Shown here in pieces: positions 40,426 through 50,679 of a stretch of DNA of 64,000 nucleotides (position 1 is its first letter; the number at the start of each line of letters is the position of its first letter). A program made the position numbers and the translations under genes. The stretch covers positions 256,001-320,000 of the forward strand of contig CBDBCR010000003.1 in NCBI GenBank assembly GCA_965203465.1, read 5' to 3'. Origin of the DNA: Nitrosopumilaceae archaeon. GTDB lineage: Archaea > Thermoproteota > Nitrososphaeria > Nitrososphaerales > Nitrosopumilaceae. The notes under the pieces are model-generated. The model searched no databases and was not told the origin of the DNA. It saw only the letters and a program-made list of their open reading frames with translations.

Positions 40426-41029
40426 GTTGGAATACGTGGTGCTAGTCGACGAGAACGACAACAGGCTGGGCCTGGAGGAGAAGGAACGCTGCCACCTTTT
40501 GGACGGCAGGCTGCACCGCGCCTTCACCGCGCTCATATTCGACGGGGGCGGCAGGCTGGCCCTCGGCAGGCGCAGCGGATCGAAGATGCTCTGGCCCGGC
40601 TTTTGGGACGGCACGTTCGCCAGCCACCCGCGCGACGGCGAGACCTACGCCGCCTCGGCCGCAAGGAGGATGCCAGAAGAGGTGGGCCCGGCCTGCCGCA
40701 TGGACGTGCTGTTCCGCTTCGAGTACCACGCAAGATACGGGGACGTGGGATCTGAAAACGAGATCTGCGCCACGCTCGCCGGCACGGCCGAGCCAGATTC
40801 CATGGCGCCGTCTCCGTCGGAGATTAGCGAGCTGCGCTGGGTCGGCGCCGGTCAGCTTGTCGGCGAGCTCGAGGATCCGCGCGCGTTCTGCCCGTGGATG
40901 CTGGCGGCCATACACCTGCTGGAGCCGGCGCCCGGCGTGCCGGCGCCGTGGACCGACGCGTCCGTGCGCGTGGCCGCCGGCAGGGCCGCGCGCGCCCACA
41001 TGGGCGGATGGAGGCGCCTGCCGCAATGA
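40400..41029 (+). CDS. idi: Isopentenyl-diphosphate isomerase, type 1 (Nudix fold)
   Basis: LHRAF, WPGFWD..ASHP, ENEIC, FCPW motifs. Confidence 0.88.
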   Translation: MGRSSGEDELEYVVLVDENDNRLGLEEKERCHLLDGRLHRAFTALIFDGGGRLALGRRSGSKMLWPGFWDGTFASHPRDGETYAASAARRMPEEVGPACRMDVLFRFEYHARYGDVGSENEICATLAGTAEPDSMAPSPSEISELRWVGAGQLVGELEDPRAFCPWMLAAIHLLEPAPGVPAPWTDASVRVAAGRAARAHMGGWRRLPQ

Positions 41030-41961
41030 GCGTGGACGGCCGCATGGCCTCGGCCCTGAGGGGCAGCCCGCCGGGCCTGTACAGGGCGGCCGCGCACCTG
41101 ATCAGGCACGGCGGCAAGAGGCTGCGCCCGCGCATGGCGGAGGCGAGCGCGCAGGTCTTTGGCGGCAGCGCGCGGCAGGCGGCGGCGGCGGTGGAGATGG
41201 TCCACAACTTTACGCTCATACACGACGACATCATGGACAACGACGAGCGCCGGCACGGCGTGCCGTCGGTCCACAAAAAGTACGGGCAGCCGCTCGCCAT
41301 ACTGGCCGGCGACGTGCTGTTTTCGAAGGCGTTCGAGCAGATAGCTTCGGCCGGCACGCCGGCGCGCGCCGCAGAGTCGGCCCGCCGCCTCGCGCGCGCG
41401 TGCGTGGAGGTCTGCGAGGGCCAGGCCCTCGACATGGCCATGGCGGAGTCGGCCCGCGTGCCCTCCGTGAACCAGTACCTGGGGATGGTGGGCAAAAAGA
41501 CCGCCGCCCTCTTCGACGTCTCGTGCGCGCTCGGGGCCATAGCAGGCGGCGCGCGGGCGCGCGGCGCCGAGGACATGGCCGCGTTCGGCAGGAACCTCGG
41601 CGTGGCGTTTCAGATAACGGACGACTTGATAGGCGTGCTGGGCGATCCGAAAAAGACCGGCAAGCCGGTCGGCAACGACCTGCGCGAGGGCAAAAAGTCG
41701 CTGCCCGTGATCGCCGCGCTGCGCAGGGCCGACAGGCGGCAAAAGAGGGCCATAACGGGGTGCCTCGGCGACCGCAGGGCCTCGCGCGCCAGGATAGGCG
41801 AGGCCGTCGAGGCGATGCGCGAGATGGGGATAGAAGAGGAGATGCGCGCGAGGGCTGGGCGCTGCGCGGACGCCGCGCGCGCGCGCCTGGCGGGCAGGAG
41901 CGGCAGGGGCGCATCGGCGCTGCTGGCGGCACTCGATCTTGCGGTAAGGCGTGACTTTTGA
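41026..41961 (+). CDS. Geranylgeranyl diphosphate synthase
   Basis: GGKRLRP, LIHDDIMD..RHG, GQALD, KTA, FQITDD motifs. Confidence 0.92.
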   Translation: MSVDGRMASALRGSPPGLYRAAAHLIRHGGKRLRPRMAEASAQVFGGSARQAAAAVEMVHNFTLIHDDIMDNDERRHGVPSVHKKYGQPLAILAGDVLFSKAFEQIASAGTPARAAESARRLARACVEVCEGQALDMAMAESARVPSVNQYLGMVGKKTAALFDVSCALGAIAGGARARGAEDMAAFGRNLGVAFQITDDLIGVLGDPKKTGKPVGNDLREGKKSLPVIAALRRADRRQKRAITGCLGDRRASRARIGEAVEAMREMGIEEEMRARAGRCADAARARLAGRSGRGASALLAALDLAVRRDF

Positions 41962-42989
41962 GCTCGGACATGGACGACGCCCAGATAATGGAGGCGTACC
42001 ACGGGGCGCTGCGCGCGGCGGCCTCGATGAGGGCTGGGCTGGGCGGCGGCGCCGAAGAGTTCGACGAAAAAGTCCACCCCGAGGTGACAGCCATGCTCCA
42101 AGAAAGGGTCGCCGGGCTGAGGGCCGAGGCGCGGCGCGGCGGCCCGGGCGCCTTCGACCGGCTGCGCGCGGCCACGAGCATGCTGGAGTTCGTCGGGCAG
42201 TACGAGGCGTGCAGGGACCGCTCCGCGGACATGGCGCGCGAGCTGGGGGCCGCGAGGGGGTCGGCGCCGCGCCGCGAGGGCTTTGTGGAAGAGCCGGTCC
42301 CGCGCGGGCCCTGGCACGGCACCGGCGGCGCGGCCGGGGCGCTGCGCGGGTTCGCCGAGAGCAGCCCGATGTACAGGATTCTGCGCGACGACGGGAAATA
42401 CCGCTGGTACGAGGCCGACATCAACGCGCACTGGCTGGAGAGCACCTCGCACGCCGGGAGCTTGGCGCCGTTCTCGCCCACGTGGCTGCTCTCGGCGCTC
42501 GCCATCGCCGAGCGCGCATCAAAGCTCGGCTACCGCGAGATGGTCGACGTGGGATCGGGCGACGGGCGCGTGGCCTTTTGCGCATCGCTGCTGGGCATGA
42601 AGGCGTGGAGCGTGGAGGTGGATCCCGGCCTTGCGCGCGCGCAGGAAGAGCTGCGGGCCCGGACGGGCCGCCGGTTCGAGGTCGTCTGCGCCGATGCTGC
42701 CCGGCTCGACTACTCGATGGAAATGCAGAGGCCCGTCTTTGCGGTAGGCGGCCTCGCGCAGATGGGCGCCTCTGGCATGGCCGAGCCTGCGCGGGAGCAG
42801 AGGCCCGACGCGGGGTTCGTGCTGTCGGGCACCCGCGCCCCAAAGTACGGCGGCAAGGAGCCGGCCGGGTGGGGCGGCTTTTTGGAGAGGGCCGGCCTGC
42901 GCGTGCTCTCCGAGCTTCGCCTGCCCACCGCGTGGACCGCCGGCGAGCCGGAGGGCACCCCGTACCTGTTCGCGGCCCCGCCGGCCTAG
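41958..42989 (+). CDS. Hypothetical protein with SAM-dependent methyltransferase-like C-terminal domain
   Basis: VDVGSGDGR motif I and VEVD. Confidence 0.6.
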   Translation: MSSDMDDAQIMEAYHGALRAAASMRAGLGGGAEEFDEKVHPEVTAMLQERVAGLRAEARRGGPGAFDRLRAATSMLEFVGQYEACRDRSADMARELGAARGSAPRREGFVEEPVPRGPWHGTGGAAGALRGFAESSPMYRILRDDGKYRWYEADINAHWLESTSHAGSLAPFSPTWLLSALAIAERASKLGYREMVDVGSGDGRVAFCASLLGMKAWSVEVDPGLARAQEELRARTGRRFEVVCADAARLDYSMEMQRPVFAVGGLAQMGASGMAEPAREQRPDAGFVLSGTRAPKYGGKEPAGWGGFLERAGLRVLSELRLPTAWTAGEPEGTPYLFAAPPA

Positions 42990-43103
42990 TTCCGGCGCGG
43001 CCCCGGATGCCAAGTCTTTAATTTGCGCGCAAGTCAGGCGCCTGCGATTGCAGAGCCGCGCCAACGAACCGACCGACGGCAGGCCGCACGGAGGCCCGCC
43101 GGC

Positions 43104-43502
43104 ATGAGGCCCGTCGCCGTGGTCATGGTGGGCTTCATGTACATGATGTCGCTGGGGTTTTACCTGGCCGAGGAGGTCTTCCTGACGCCTGCCGGCATAG
43201 AGGTGCGCTCGCTCAACGGCACGGCCATAAGCCCGCGCGAGTTCGTCGAGAGCACGAGCCCGGCGTTTACGGAGGCAGGCAGCGGGGCGCTCGAGCCGCC
43301 GGACGGCCCTTTCGAGAGCGTCCTTGATTTTTCGCAGAGCGGGTTTGCGGCGGTGTGGACCCTGCTCGGCCTGCTGTCCGGCACGTATTTCCTGCAGTTC
43401 CTCCAGTTTTTCGGCATCCCGTCCCCGCTCATCACCGTGTTTCAGCTGATCTTTGGCTTTGTGGCGGTGCGCACCGTCGTCTATTACGTGCTCGGGCGGT
43501 AG
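43104..43502 (+). CDS. Membrane hypothetical protein
   Basis: N-terminal and two C-terminal hydrophobic helices. Confidence 0.6.
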   Translation: MRPVAVVMVGFMYMMSLGFYLAEEVFLTPAGIEVRSLNGTAISPREFVESTSPAFTEAGSGALEPPDGPFESVLDFSQSGFAAVWTLLGLLSGTYFLQFLQFFGIPSPLITVFQLIFGFVAVRTVVYYVLGR

Positions 43503-43567
43503 GGCCGTCCCGGGGCAGGCCGCCCCTAGTGCGTGAAGCCTCCGATGAAGGATCGAACACGGGGGTT

Positions 43568-46500
43568 CTAGCTGAGTTGGTTTGTCATGTAGCTGTACTT
43601 TGCGGTGGAAGTCCAGCCGCCGTCCCTCGCCGTCCAGACCTCGTAGTCCGCCACCGCCAGGTCGCCGGCCGCGTTTAGCTGTATGTCGCCCAGCGCCCCG
43701 CTGTGCGCGTTGGCCACGTCCATGAATATCGGCTTTATGTCGGAGGCCGAGCCGCTCTGCGCCTCCATGATGGCCTTGCCGACCACCCAGGCCGCGTCGT
43801 AAGAGCCGTACGTGTATGTTATCGGCTCGCGGCCCAGCAGATCCATGAGCCTCTGCCGCAGGTCCGCGTTGACTTCGTTGTCGTCCACGGCGATGATGGG
43901 CGCCGAGAACGAGACGGCCTCGGCGAACTCGCTCGCTATCGGATCCGTGCTTATCTTTTGATCCTTTGCGTTGCCGTCGGATCCGTACCACTGCACCTGC
44001 TTCAGCGAGTCGTACTGGGCCGCCGACTGGATTATCTGGGCCCCTTCGGAAAAGCTGATCAGCACCACGGCCGTAGTCTCGGAGTCCATCGAGCTTACCA
44101 CGTTTGCGAGCAGCGAGGCCGACGCCGAGAATTCTGGCAGCTCTGGGTTGTAACGTATCCCCCTGTCCACGGTTCCCTCAAAGCTGTCCGTTATGGCCGC
44201 CACGAGGCCGTCGCCCCACGCGTCGCCCCGGTATATGGGGACGAGCGTCTCTATCTGATCCCTCTGCGCCAGCTTTGCCATCACCACTCCCTGGTTTTCG
44301 TCGTTGGTCGTGAACCGGAACACGCTGTCGCCCTCTATCGCGAGTGCCGGCGCCGTCGAGCAGCAAGATATGAGCATCATGTCGTTGGCGTCCGAGTACG
44401 CCCGCATGTTGCGTATGTTGGAGCTGGTCTCGGGTCCTATCACGATGTCGATGTTGCGCGCGTTGAGGGCTGTCAGTTTCTCGAGCGCCGTGACCGGGTT
44501 GGTGGCCGAATCCTCGCTTACCAGCTTTAGCCGCCACTGCTCGCCGGACTGCTCCAAAAAGTCGTTAAAGTCGGCCACTCCCAGCTTTGTGGCCTCCATG
44601 TTTTCCTCGCCGTGGCTCGCAAGCTCGCCTGTCAGCGGCAGTATGGAGCCGATCGATATCTCGCCGGAGAGCGCCGAGGTGCTGGACAGCTTGCCGGTCG
44701 CATAGCTGTACTTTGCGGTGGAAGTCCAGCCGCCGTCCCTCGCCGTCCAGACCTCGTAGTCCGCCACCGCCAGATCGCCGGCCGCGTTTAGCTGTATGTC
44801 GCCCAGCGCCCCGCTGTGCGCGTTGGCCACGTCCATGAATATCGGCTTTATGTCGGAGGCCGAGCCGCTCTGCGCCTCCATGACGGCCTTGCCGACCACC
44901 CAGGCCGCGTCGTAAGAGCCGTACGTGTATGTTATCGGCTCGCGGCCCAGCAGATCCATGAGCCTCTGCCGCAGGTCCGCGTTGACTTCGTTGTCGTCCA
45001 CTGCGATGATGGGCGCCGAGAACGAGACGGCCTCGGCGAACTCGCTCGCTATCGGATCCGTGCTTATCTTTTGATCCTTTGCGTTGCCGTCGGATCCGTA
45101 CCACTGCACCTGCTTTAGCGAGTCGTACTGGGCCGCCGACTGGATTATCTGGGCCCCTTCGGAAAAGCTGATCAGCACCACGGCCGTCGTGACGTCGCTG
45201 AACGAGCCCACGCGGTCTGCGAGCAGCGAGGCCGACGCCGAGAATTCGGGCAGCTCTGGGTTGTACCTGATCCCCTCGTCGACGGTGCCGGCAAAGCTGT
45301 CCGCTATGGCCGCCACGAGGCCGTCGCCCCACGCGTCGCCCCGGTATATGGGAACCAAGGTCTCGATGCCGGCCCCCTGCGCCAGCTTTGCCATCACCAC
45401 GCCCTGGTTTTCGTCGTTCGTGGTGAACCTAAAGACGCTGTCGCCCTCTATGGCCAGGGCCGGGGCCGTCGAGCAGCACGATATGAGCATCATGTCGTTG
45501 GCGTCCGAGTACGCCCGCATGTTGCGTATGTTGGAGCTGGTCTCGGGGCCTATCACGATGTCGATGTCGCGCGCGTTGAGGGCGGTCAGTTTCTCGAGCG
45601 CCGTGACCGGGTTGGTGGCCGAATCCTCGCTTACCAGCTTTAGCCGCCACTGCTCGCCGGACTGCTCCAAAAAGTCGTTAAAGTCGGCCACTCCCAGCTT
45701 TGTGGCCTCCATGTTTTCCTCGCCGTGGCTCGCAAGCTCGCCGGTCAGCGGCAGTATGGAGCCGATCGTTATCTCGCCGGAGAGCGCCGACGTTTTGGTC
45801 CTAAACTCGCCCGTGACGTAGCTGTACGATTCTGTCATCAGCCACTGCCTGTCGTTTACAGTCCATACCTCGTAGTCTGCCACCGCCAGGTCGCCGGCCG
45901 CGTTTAGCTGTATGTCGCCCAGCGCCCCGGTGTACTCGTTGGCCACGTCTATGAATATCGGCTTTAGGTCCGACGCGGACGCGCTCTGCGCCTCCATGAT
46001 GGCCTTGCCGACCACCCAGGCCGCGTCGTAAGAGCCGTACGCGTACGTTATCGGCTCCCTTCCGAGCAGATCCGAGAGGCGCTTGCTGACGTCGGCGTTC
46101 TTTTCGTTGTCCGCCACCGCTATGATGGGCGCCGAGAACGAGACGGAAGCCGCAAACTCGCCCGCTATCGGATCGTCGGTTATCTGCTGGTCTTGCGAGT
46201 TGCCGTCCGAGCCGTACCACTGCACCATGGCAAGCTCCGGGTGCCCGGCGGCGGACTGGAGTATCTGCACCCCTTCTGCAAAGCTCGTCAGCAGAACGGC
46301 CACCTTGCCCGCGCCCACCTCTTCTATGCGCTCGCCCACGCGCTCCCCGAGGATGGAGGTGGACGCAGAGTATTCTGCGATCTCGGGGTTGTAGCGTATC
46401 CCTTCGTCGACGGTGCCGGCAAAGCTCTCCTTTACGGCCGCCACGAGGCCGTCGCCCCACGCGTCGCCCCTGTATATGGGAACTATGACTTCGATGCCGG

Positions 46501-47041
46501 ACTTTTGCGCCAGCTTTGCGAGAACGACTCCCTGGTTTTCGTCGTTGGTCGTGAACCGGAACACGCTGTCGCCCTCTATGGCCAGGGCCGGCGCCGTCGA
46601 GCAGCACGAGACCATCATCATGTCGTTGGCGTCAGAGTACGCCCTCATGTTGCGTATGTTGGAGCTGGTCTCCGGCCCTATTATCACGTCCACGCCGCGC
46701 GCGTTGAGCGCCGTCAGTTTGTCCAGCGCGATTACGGGGTTTGTCGCAGAGTCTTCACCGATCAGCCTCAGGCTCCACCGCTCGCCCTGCTCTTCCAAAT
46801 ACTCGTTAAAGTCTGCCACCCCCAGCTTTGCCGCCTCCATGTTTTCTTCGCCGTGGCTCGCAAGCTCGCCGGTCAGCGGAAAGATGTACCCTATGGTGAT
46901 CTCGCCGGACAGCCCGGATTCAGTGCCGGCGTCCATCGCGCCCGGTTCCTGCGGCGCCATCGAGACCGAAGCGGCCGCCGCTATTGCGATCGCGACGGCT
47001 GCGACCGCGGCACCGATGATTATCGTGTTCTTTGACGCCAC
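43568..47041 (-). CDS. Triple-domain branched-chain amino acid-type solute-binding protein
   Basis: N-terminal anchor plus three ~371-aa repeats starting LSGEI(T/S)IG..PLTGELA. Confidence 0.9.
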   Translation of the reverse strand: MASKNTIIIGAAVAAVAIAIAAAASVSMAPQEPGAMDAGTESGLSGEITIGYIFPLTGELASHGEENMEAAKLGVADFNEYLEEQGERWSLRLIGEDSATNPVIALDKLTALNARGVDVIIGPETSSNIRNMRAYSDANDMMMVSCCSTAPALAIEGDSVFRFTTNDENQGVVLAKLAQKSGIEVIVPIYRGDAWGDGLVAAVKESFAGTVDEGIRYNPEIAEYSASTSILGERVGERIEEVGAGKVAVLLTSFAEGVQILQSAAGHPELAMVQWYGSDGNSQDQQITDDPIAGEFAASVSFSAPIIAVADNEKNADVSKRLSDLLGREPITYAYGSYDAAWVVGKAIMEAQSASASDLKPIFIDVANEYTGALGDIQLNAAGDLAVADYEVWTVNDRQWLMTESYSYVTGEFRTKTSALSGEITIGSILPLTGELASHGEENMEATKLGVADFNDFLEQSGEQWRLKLVSEDSATNPVTALEKLTALNARDIDIVIGPETSSNIRNMRAYSDANDMMLISCCSTAPALAIEGDSVFRFTTNDENQGVVMAKLAQGAGIETLVPIYRGDAWGDGLVAAIADSFAGTVDEGIRYNPELPEFSASASLLADRVGSFSDVTTAVVLISFSEGAQIIQSAAQYDSLKQVQWYGSDGNAKDQKISTDPIASEFAEAVSFSAPIIAVDDNEVNADLRQRLMDLLGREPITYTYGSYDAAWVVGKAVMEAQSGSASDIKPIFMDVANAHSGALGDIQLNAAGDLAVADYEVWTARDGGWTSTAKYSYATGKLSSTSALSGEISIGSILPLTGELASHGEENMEATKLGVADFNDFLEQSGEQWRLKLVSEDSATNPVTALEKLTALNARNIDIVIGPETSSNIRNMRAYSDANDMMLISCCSTAPALAIEGDSVFRFTTNDENQGVVMAKLAQRDQIETLVPIYRGDAWGDGLVAAITDSFEGTVDRGIRYNPELPEFSASASLLANVVSSMDSETTAVVLISFSEGAQIIQSAAQYDSLKQVQWYGSDGNAKDQKISTDPIASEFAEAVSFSAPIIAVDDNEVNADLRQRLMDLLGREPITYTYGSYDAAWVVGKAIMEAQSGSASDIKPIFMDVANAHSGALGDIQLNAAGDLAVADYEVWTARDGGWTSTAKYSYMTNQLS

Positions 47042-47122
47042 TTGCGGGGTGCGCCAAAACCCTACTATATATTCCTAGATCCATAATGCCAAGTAAAATA
47101 CGCCTCTGCTAAACGCGGAGCG

Positions 47123-47713
47123 TTGTTCACCGGCATAGTCGAGGGCACGGGGCGCGTAGAAAAGATATCGGCGTCCAAGGATCGCAGCGCCCGCGCCGTC
47201 ACCGTGCGGATTGGATCGGCCGCCCGCGGCCTCAAAAAGGGGCAGAGCGTCTCGGTCAACGGCGCCTGCCTGACCGCCGAGGCGGTGAGGGGCGGCAGGT
47301 GCACGTTCAAGGTGATAGACGAGACCATGGCAAAGACCGCCATGGGAAAGCTCCGCGAGGGGGACGCCGTCAACATAGAACGCAGCCTCAGGGCCGGCGC
47401 GCGCCTGGAGGGCCACTTCGTGCTCGGTCACGTGGACGGCACAGGCACCGTGACGCGCGTGCGCAGGATGCCCGGCGAGGTGCGCGTCTGGGTGAGGCTG
47501 CCCCGGTCCTTGGCGGCCCAGACGGTCCGCAAGGGCTCGATAGCCGTCGACGGCGTCAGCCTCACGGTCGCCTCAAAGTCGCGCAACACGGTGATGGTCT
47601 GCCTCATACCGCACACGGTAAAGTCCACGTCCCTCGGCGCCAGAAAAGAAGGCGACGCGGTGAACATAGAGACCGACATTCTGGGCAAGTACGTCCTACG
47701 CGATTCCGGGTAA
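47123..47713 (+). CDS. ribE: Riboflavin synthase (alpha-type)
   Basis: MFTGIVE, NGACLT, GHFVLGHVD, KGSIAVDGVSLT motifs. Confidence 0.93.
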   Translation: MFTGIVEGTGRVEKISASKDRSARAVTVRIGSAARGLKKGQSVSVNGACLTAEAVRGGRCTFKVIDETMAKTAMGKLREGDAVNIERSLRAGARLEGHFVLGHVDGTGTVTRVRRMPGEVRVWVRLPRSLAAQTVRKGSIAVDGVSLTVASKSRNTVMVCLIPHTVKSTSLGARKEGDAVNIETDILGKYVLRDSG

Positions 47714-47763
47714 TTACCACTTTTCAGGTAATGCTTATAACCGGAGTTCGCCCGACTGCTCCC

Positions 47764-48426
47764 ATGACGCTGGCGCCCGCTCTGGACTCGCTCAAGAGGG
47801 GCGAGTTCGTCCTCCTGTACGATTCCGAATCGAGGGAGAACGAGGTGGACATGGTAGTCGCAGCCGAGCACGCCGCGCCCGAGCATGTGGCCCGCATGCG
47901 CCGGCACGCCGGCGGGATACTGTGCGCGGCCCTCGACGGCGCGATGGGCCGCACGCTGGGGCTGCGGTACATGCACGACATGCTGCTCTCGGATCCGGGG
48001 GCGGCGCCGCTTGCGGGCGGCGCCTCGCCGTACGGGGACAAGCCGACATTTTCGGTCTCCGTGAACCACCGCCGCACGTACACCGGCGTGACCGACCGCG
48101 ACAGGGCCACCACCATACGCGAGATCGCCGCGCTGCACGGCGCGCCGGATCCGCGCGCCGAGTTCGTCTCGGGCTTCCGGGCCCCCGGCCACGTGCCGCT
48201 GCTGCTGGCCTCGGAGGGCCTGCTCGGCTCCAGGCAGGGCCACACCGAGATGTCAGTGTACCTTGCGCGCCTGGCGGGGCTGGCCCCGGTCACGGCCATA
48301 TGCGAGATGATGGACGGGCAGACGTACTCTGCGCTCTCGCCCAAAAAGGCGCGCGAGTTTGCCGCGCACAACGGGGTGCCGTTCTTGGACGGGCGCGAGC
48401 TGCTAGAGTACGCCCGGGTGAACTGA
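47764..48426 (+). CDS. ribB: 3,4-dihydroxy-2-butanone 4-phosphate synthase
   Basis: RENEVD, TGVTDRDRA, PGHV, RQGHTE, ICEM motifs. Confidence 0.93.
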   Translation: MTLAPALDSLKRGEFVLLYDSESRENEVDMVVAAEHAAPEHVARMRRHAGGILCAALDGAMGRTLGLRYMHDMLLSDPGAAPLAGGASPYGDKPTFSVSVNHRRTYTGVTDRDRATTIREIAALHGAPDPRAEFVSGFRAPGHVPLLLASEGLLGSRQGHTEMSVYLARLAGLAPVTAICEMMDGQTYSALSPKKAREFAAHNGVPFLDGRELLEYARVN

Positions 48427-48428
48427 CG

Positions 48429-48845
48429 TTGAACATAGCTCTGGTGGTCTCTGATTTCAACCAGAAGATAACCTCGAGGATGGAGTCGGCCGCAAAAGAG
48501 AGGGCCTCGTCGTCGGGCGCCCGCATAGTCAGCACGGCGCGCGCGCACGGCGCGTTCGACGTGCCGCCGCTCGCCGACGCGCTGCTCGCGCGCCCGGACG
48601 TCGACGCGGTCGTGGCGCTCGGCGCCGTGATCAGGGGCCGCACGCGCCACGACGAGGTCATCGCCCACGCGGTGGCCTCGCAGCTCTGCGCCGTGGCGGT
48701 CCGGCGAGGCAAGCCCGTCGGCCTCGGGATATCGGGCCCCGGCATGGACGAGCGGCAGGCGTACGCCCGCATAAGGCCGGTGGCGGAGAGGGCCGTCGAC
48801 GCGGCGATAGGCTCGCACGCCGAGCTTGCGAGGATAAAGCCATGA
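48429..48845 (+). CDS. ribH: Lumazine synthase
   Basis: SDFN, GAFDVP, LGAVIRGRTRH motifs. Confidence 0.92.
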   Translation: MNIALVVSDFNQKITSRMESAAKERASSSGARIVSTARAHGAFDVPPLADALLARPDVDAVVALGAVIRGRTRHDEVIAHAVASQLCAVAVRRGKPVGLGISGPGMDERQAYARIRPVAERAVDAAIGSHAELARIKP

Positions 48846-49579
48846 TACAGCTGAGCGTCATGCGCATAACCGGCTACGGGCCCTGGACCCTGACGCTGGG
48901 CCCCGACAGGGAGCACGAGCTGCAGATGCTGCAGTCGTCGCTGTACTCCGAGATACAGGCCATAATGTCGGGGCGCGGGGCGCTCGCGTTCCAGAACAGG
49001 TGCGACGAGTGCGTGGTTCTGTCCAGCGGCCTCACGCTGCCCGAGCACGTCGAGGCGCAGGAGCGCCTCTGCGCAAAGTTCCCCGAGGCGCGCCTGCAGG
49101 TCTCGGTCGGCTGCGGCAAGACCGCCTACGAGGCCAACGCGGACGCCCACCGCAGCGCGGAATCGAAAAAATACCTGGACGAGCCGCACCAGATACTCGG
49201 CAGCGTGGCGCCGGACAGCGAGGCGGTCATAATGCACATGGACATAGAGGGCTCGTCGGGGGGTTCCATGACGCCGTACGACGTGACGCTGCGCGTCTTC
49301 GGCCTGTACCACAGGATGGCCTCGTTCTTCGCGCAGAGGGGCTCGCTCGCGTTCTTCATGGGCGGCGACAACTTCATGATAGCCACGCAGGGCGACCCGT
49401 CCGCGGACGCGCGCGAGTTCGTCGGCCTCGAAAGGGAGGGCGGCGTTCCCATCAACTGCGGGATAGGCAGGGCCGCCAAGGCCAGGGAGGCCGCCGCCCG
49501 GGCGACGGGCTCGCTCGACGCAATACGCAAGATGAGGGACGCGGGCGGCGCGCCCACCGTCTACGAGATGCCATGCTGA
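48842..49579 (+). CDS. gch3: GTP cyclohydrolase III
   Basis: GYGPWTLTLGPDRE and FMGGDNF motifs. Confidence 0.9.
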   Translation: MIQLSVMRITGYGPWTLTLGPDREHELQMLQSSLYSEIQAIMSGRGALAFQNRCDECVVLSSGLTLPEHVEAQERLCAKFPEARLQVSVGCGKTAYEANADAHRSAESKKYLDEPHQILGSVAPDSEAVIMHMDIEGSSGGSMTPYDVTLRVFGLYHRMASFFAQRGSLAFFMGGDNFMIATQGDPSADAREFVGLEREGGVPINCGIGRAAKAREAAARATGSLDAIRKMRDAGGAPTVYEMPC

Positions 49580-50679
49580 TACGCGGCGTCCGGGCGTTGC
49601 TCGGCGAGCGTCTGCAGCCGTCCGGGCCGCTCGACATTTCGGTGGAGGGCGGCGCGTTCTCCAGGATAGGCGGCGCGGGCGGCGAGGGCCTGGACGGGCG
49701 CGGCCTCTTGGCGGTGCCCGGGCTCATAAACTGCCACACGCACGTGGGCGATTCGATAGCAAAGGACGTGGCCGCCGGCATGGACACCTATTCGGCCACG
49801 CACCCGGCCCTCGGCGTAAAGGCCCGCGTGCTCTCCGAGACGCCGCCCGGCAGCCTGGCCGAGCACATGCGCGCCTCGGCGCTGGCCATGGCCCGCTGCG
49901 GGGCCACGTGCTTTGTGGACTTTCGCGAGGGCGGCGCCGCGGGGGCCCGCCTCCTGAGGCGGGCCGGCGGGCCGGCGCGCGCCGTGGTGCTAGGCAGGAC
50001 GGCCGGGCGAGGCCAGTCCGAGCTGGACGAGGTTCTGGAGGCCTCGGACGGCATCGGTATAAGCGGCGCCAACGAGTGCGGCGACGCAGATCTTGCGGCG
50101 TATTCGAGGTCGCCAAAGCTGCGCGCCATACACGCGGCCGAGACCGAGGCGAGCGTGCGCGTGTCGGTCGAGCGGACCGGCAAGTCCGAGGTGGAGCGGG
50201 CGCTGTCCATGAGGCCCCACTTTCTTGTACACATGACCCACGCCACGCGTGCCCAGCTTTCGGCCGCGGCGGGGGCGGTGCGCGGCATCGTGGCCTGCCC
50301 GCGCGCCAACGCCGCGCTGGGCGCCGGCTCGCCGGACATCGGCGCGATGATGAGGTCGGGCTGCAACGTGGCGCTCGGGACCGACAACGTCATGGTGAAC
50401 TCGCCGGACATGCTGCGCGAGATGGACTACGCGGCAAAGTCGTCGGGCCTGGGGGCCCGCAGGGTGCTGCAGGCGGCCACGGTCAACGCGGGCAGGATAC
50501 TCGGCGACGGCTCGGGGGTCATAGCCGAGGGCAGGCGGGCCGACGCCTTTTTCGTGGAACTGAACGACGCGGCGCTGCACCCGGCCCACGACCTCCACGC
50601 GGCCGTGGTGGGGCGCGCCTCGGAGGCTTCGGTGCGGGCCGTCATGGTGGGGGGGAGGATAGTGCATGGCTCGCTCTAG
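49573..50679 (+). CDS. Metal-dependent amidohydrolase
   Basis: PGLINCHTH, IHAAE, VHMTH, CPRAN, LGTDN motifs. Confidence 0.88.
   Translation: MLIRGVRALLGERLQPSGPLDISVEGGAFSRIGGAGGEGLDGRGLLAVPGLINCHTHVGDSIAKDVAAGMDTYSATHPALGVKARVLSETPPGSLAEHMRASALAMARCGATCFVDFREGGAAGARLLRRAGGPARAVVLGRTAGRGQSELDEVLEASDGIGISGANECGDADLAAYSRSPKLRAIHAAETEASVRVSVERTGKSEVERALSMRPHFLVHMTHATRAQLSAAAGAVRGIVACPRANAALGAGSPDIGAMMRSGCNVALGTDNVMVNSPDMLREMDYAAKSSGLGARRVLQAATVNAGRILGDGSGVIAEGRRADAFFVELNDAALHPAHDLHAAVVGRASEASVRAVMVGGRIVHGSL

Noticed and set aside
40400-47713. Type 1 IDI and alpha-type riboflavin synthase as unusual for archaea
   Set aside because: To my knowledge these are ordinary for Thaumarchaeota, and they sit in normal operons with host-like composition.
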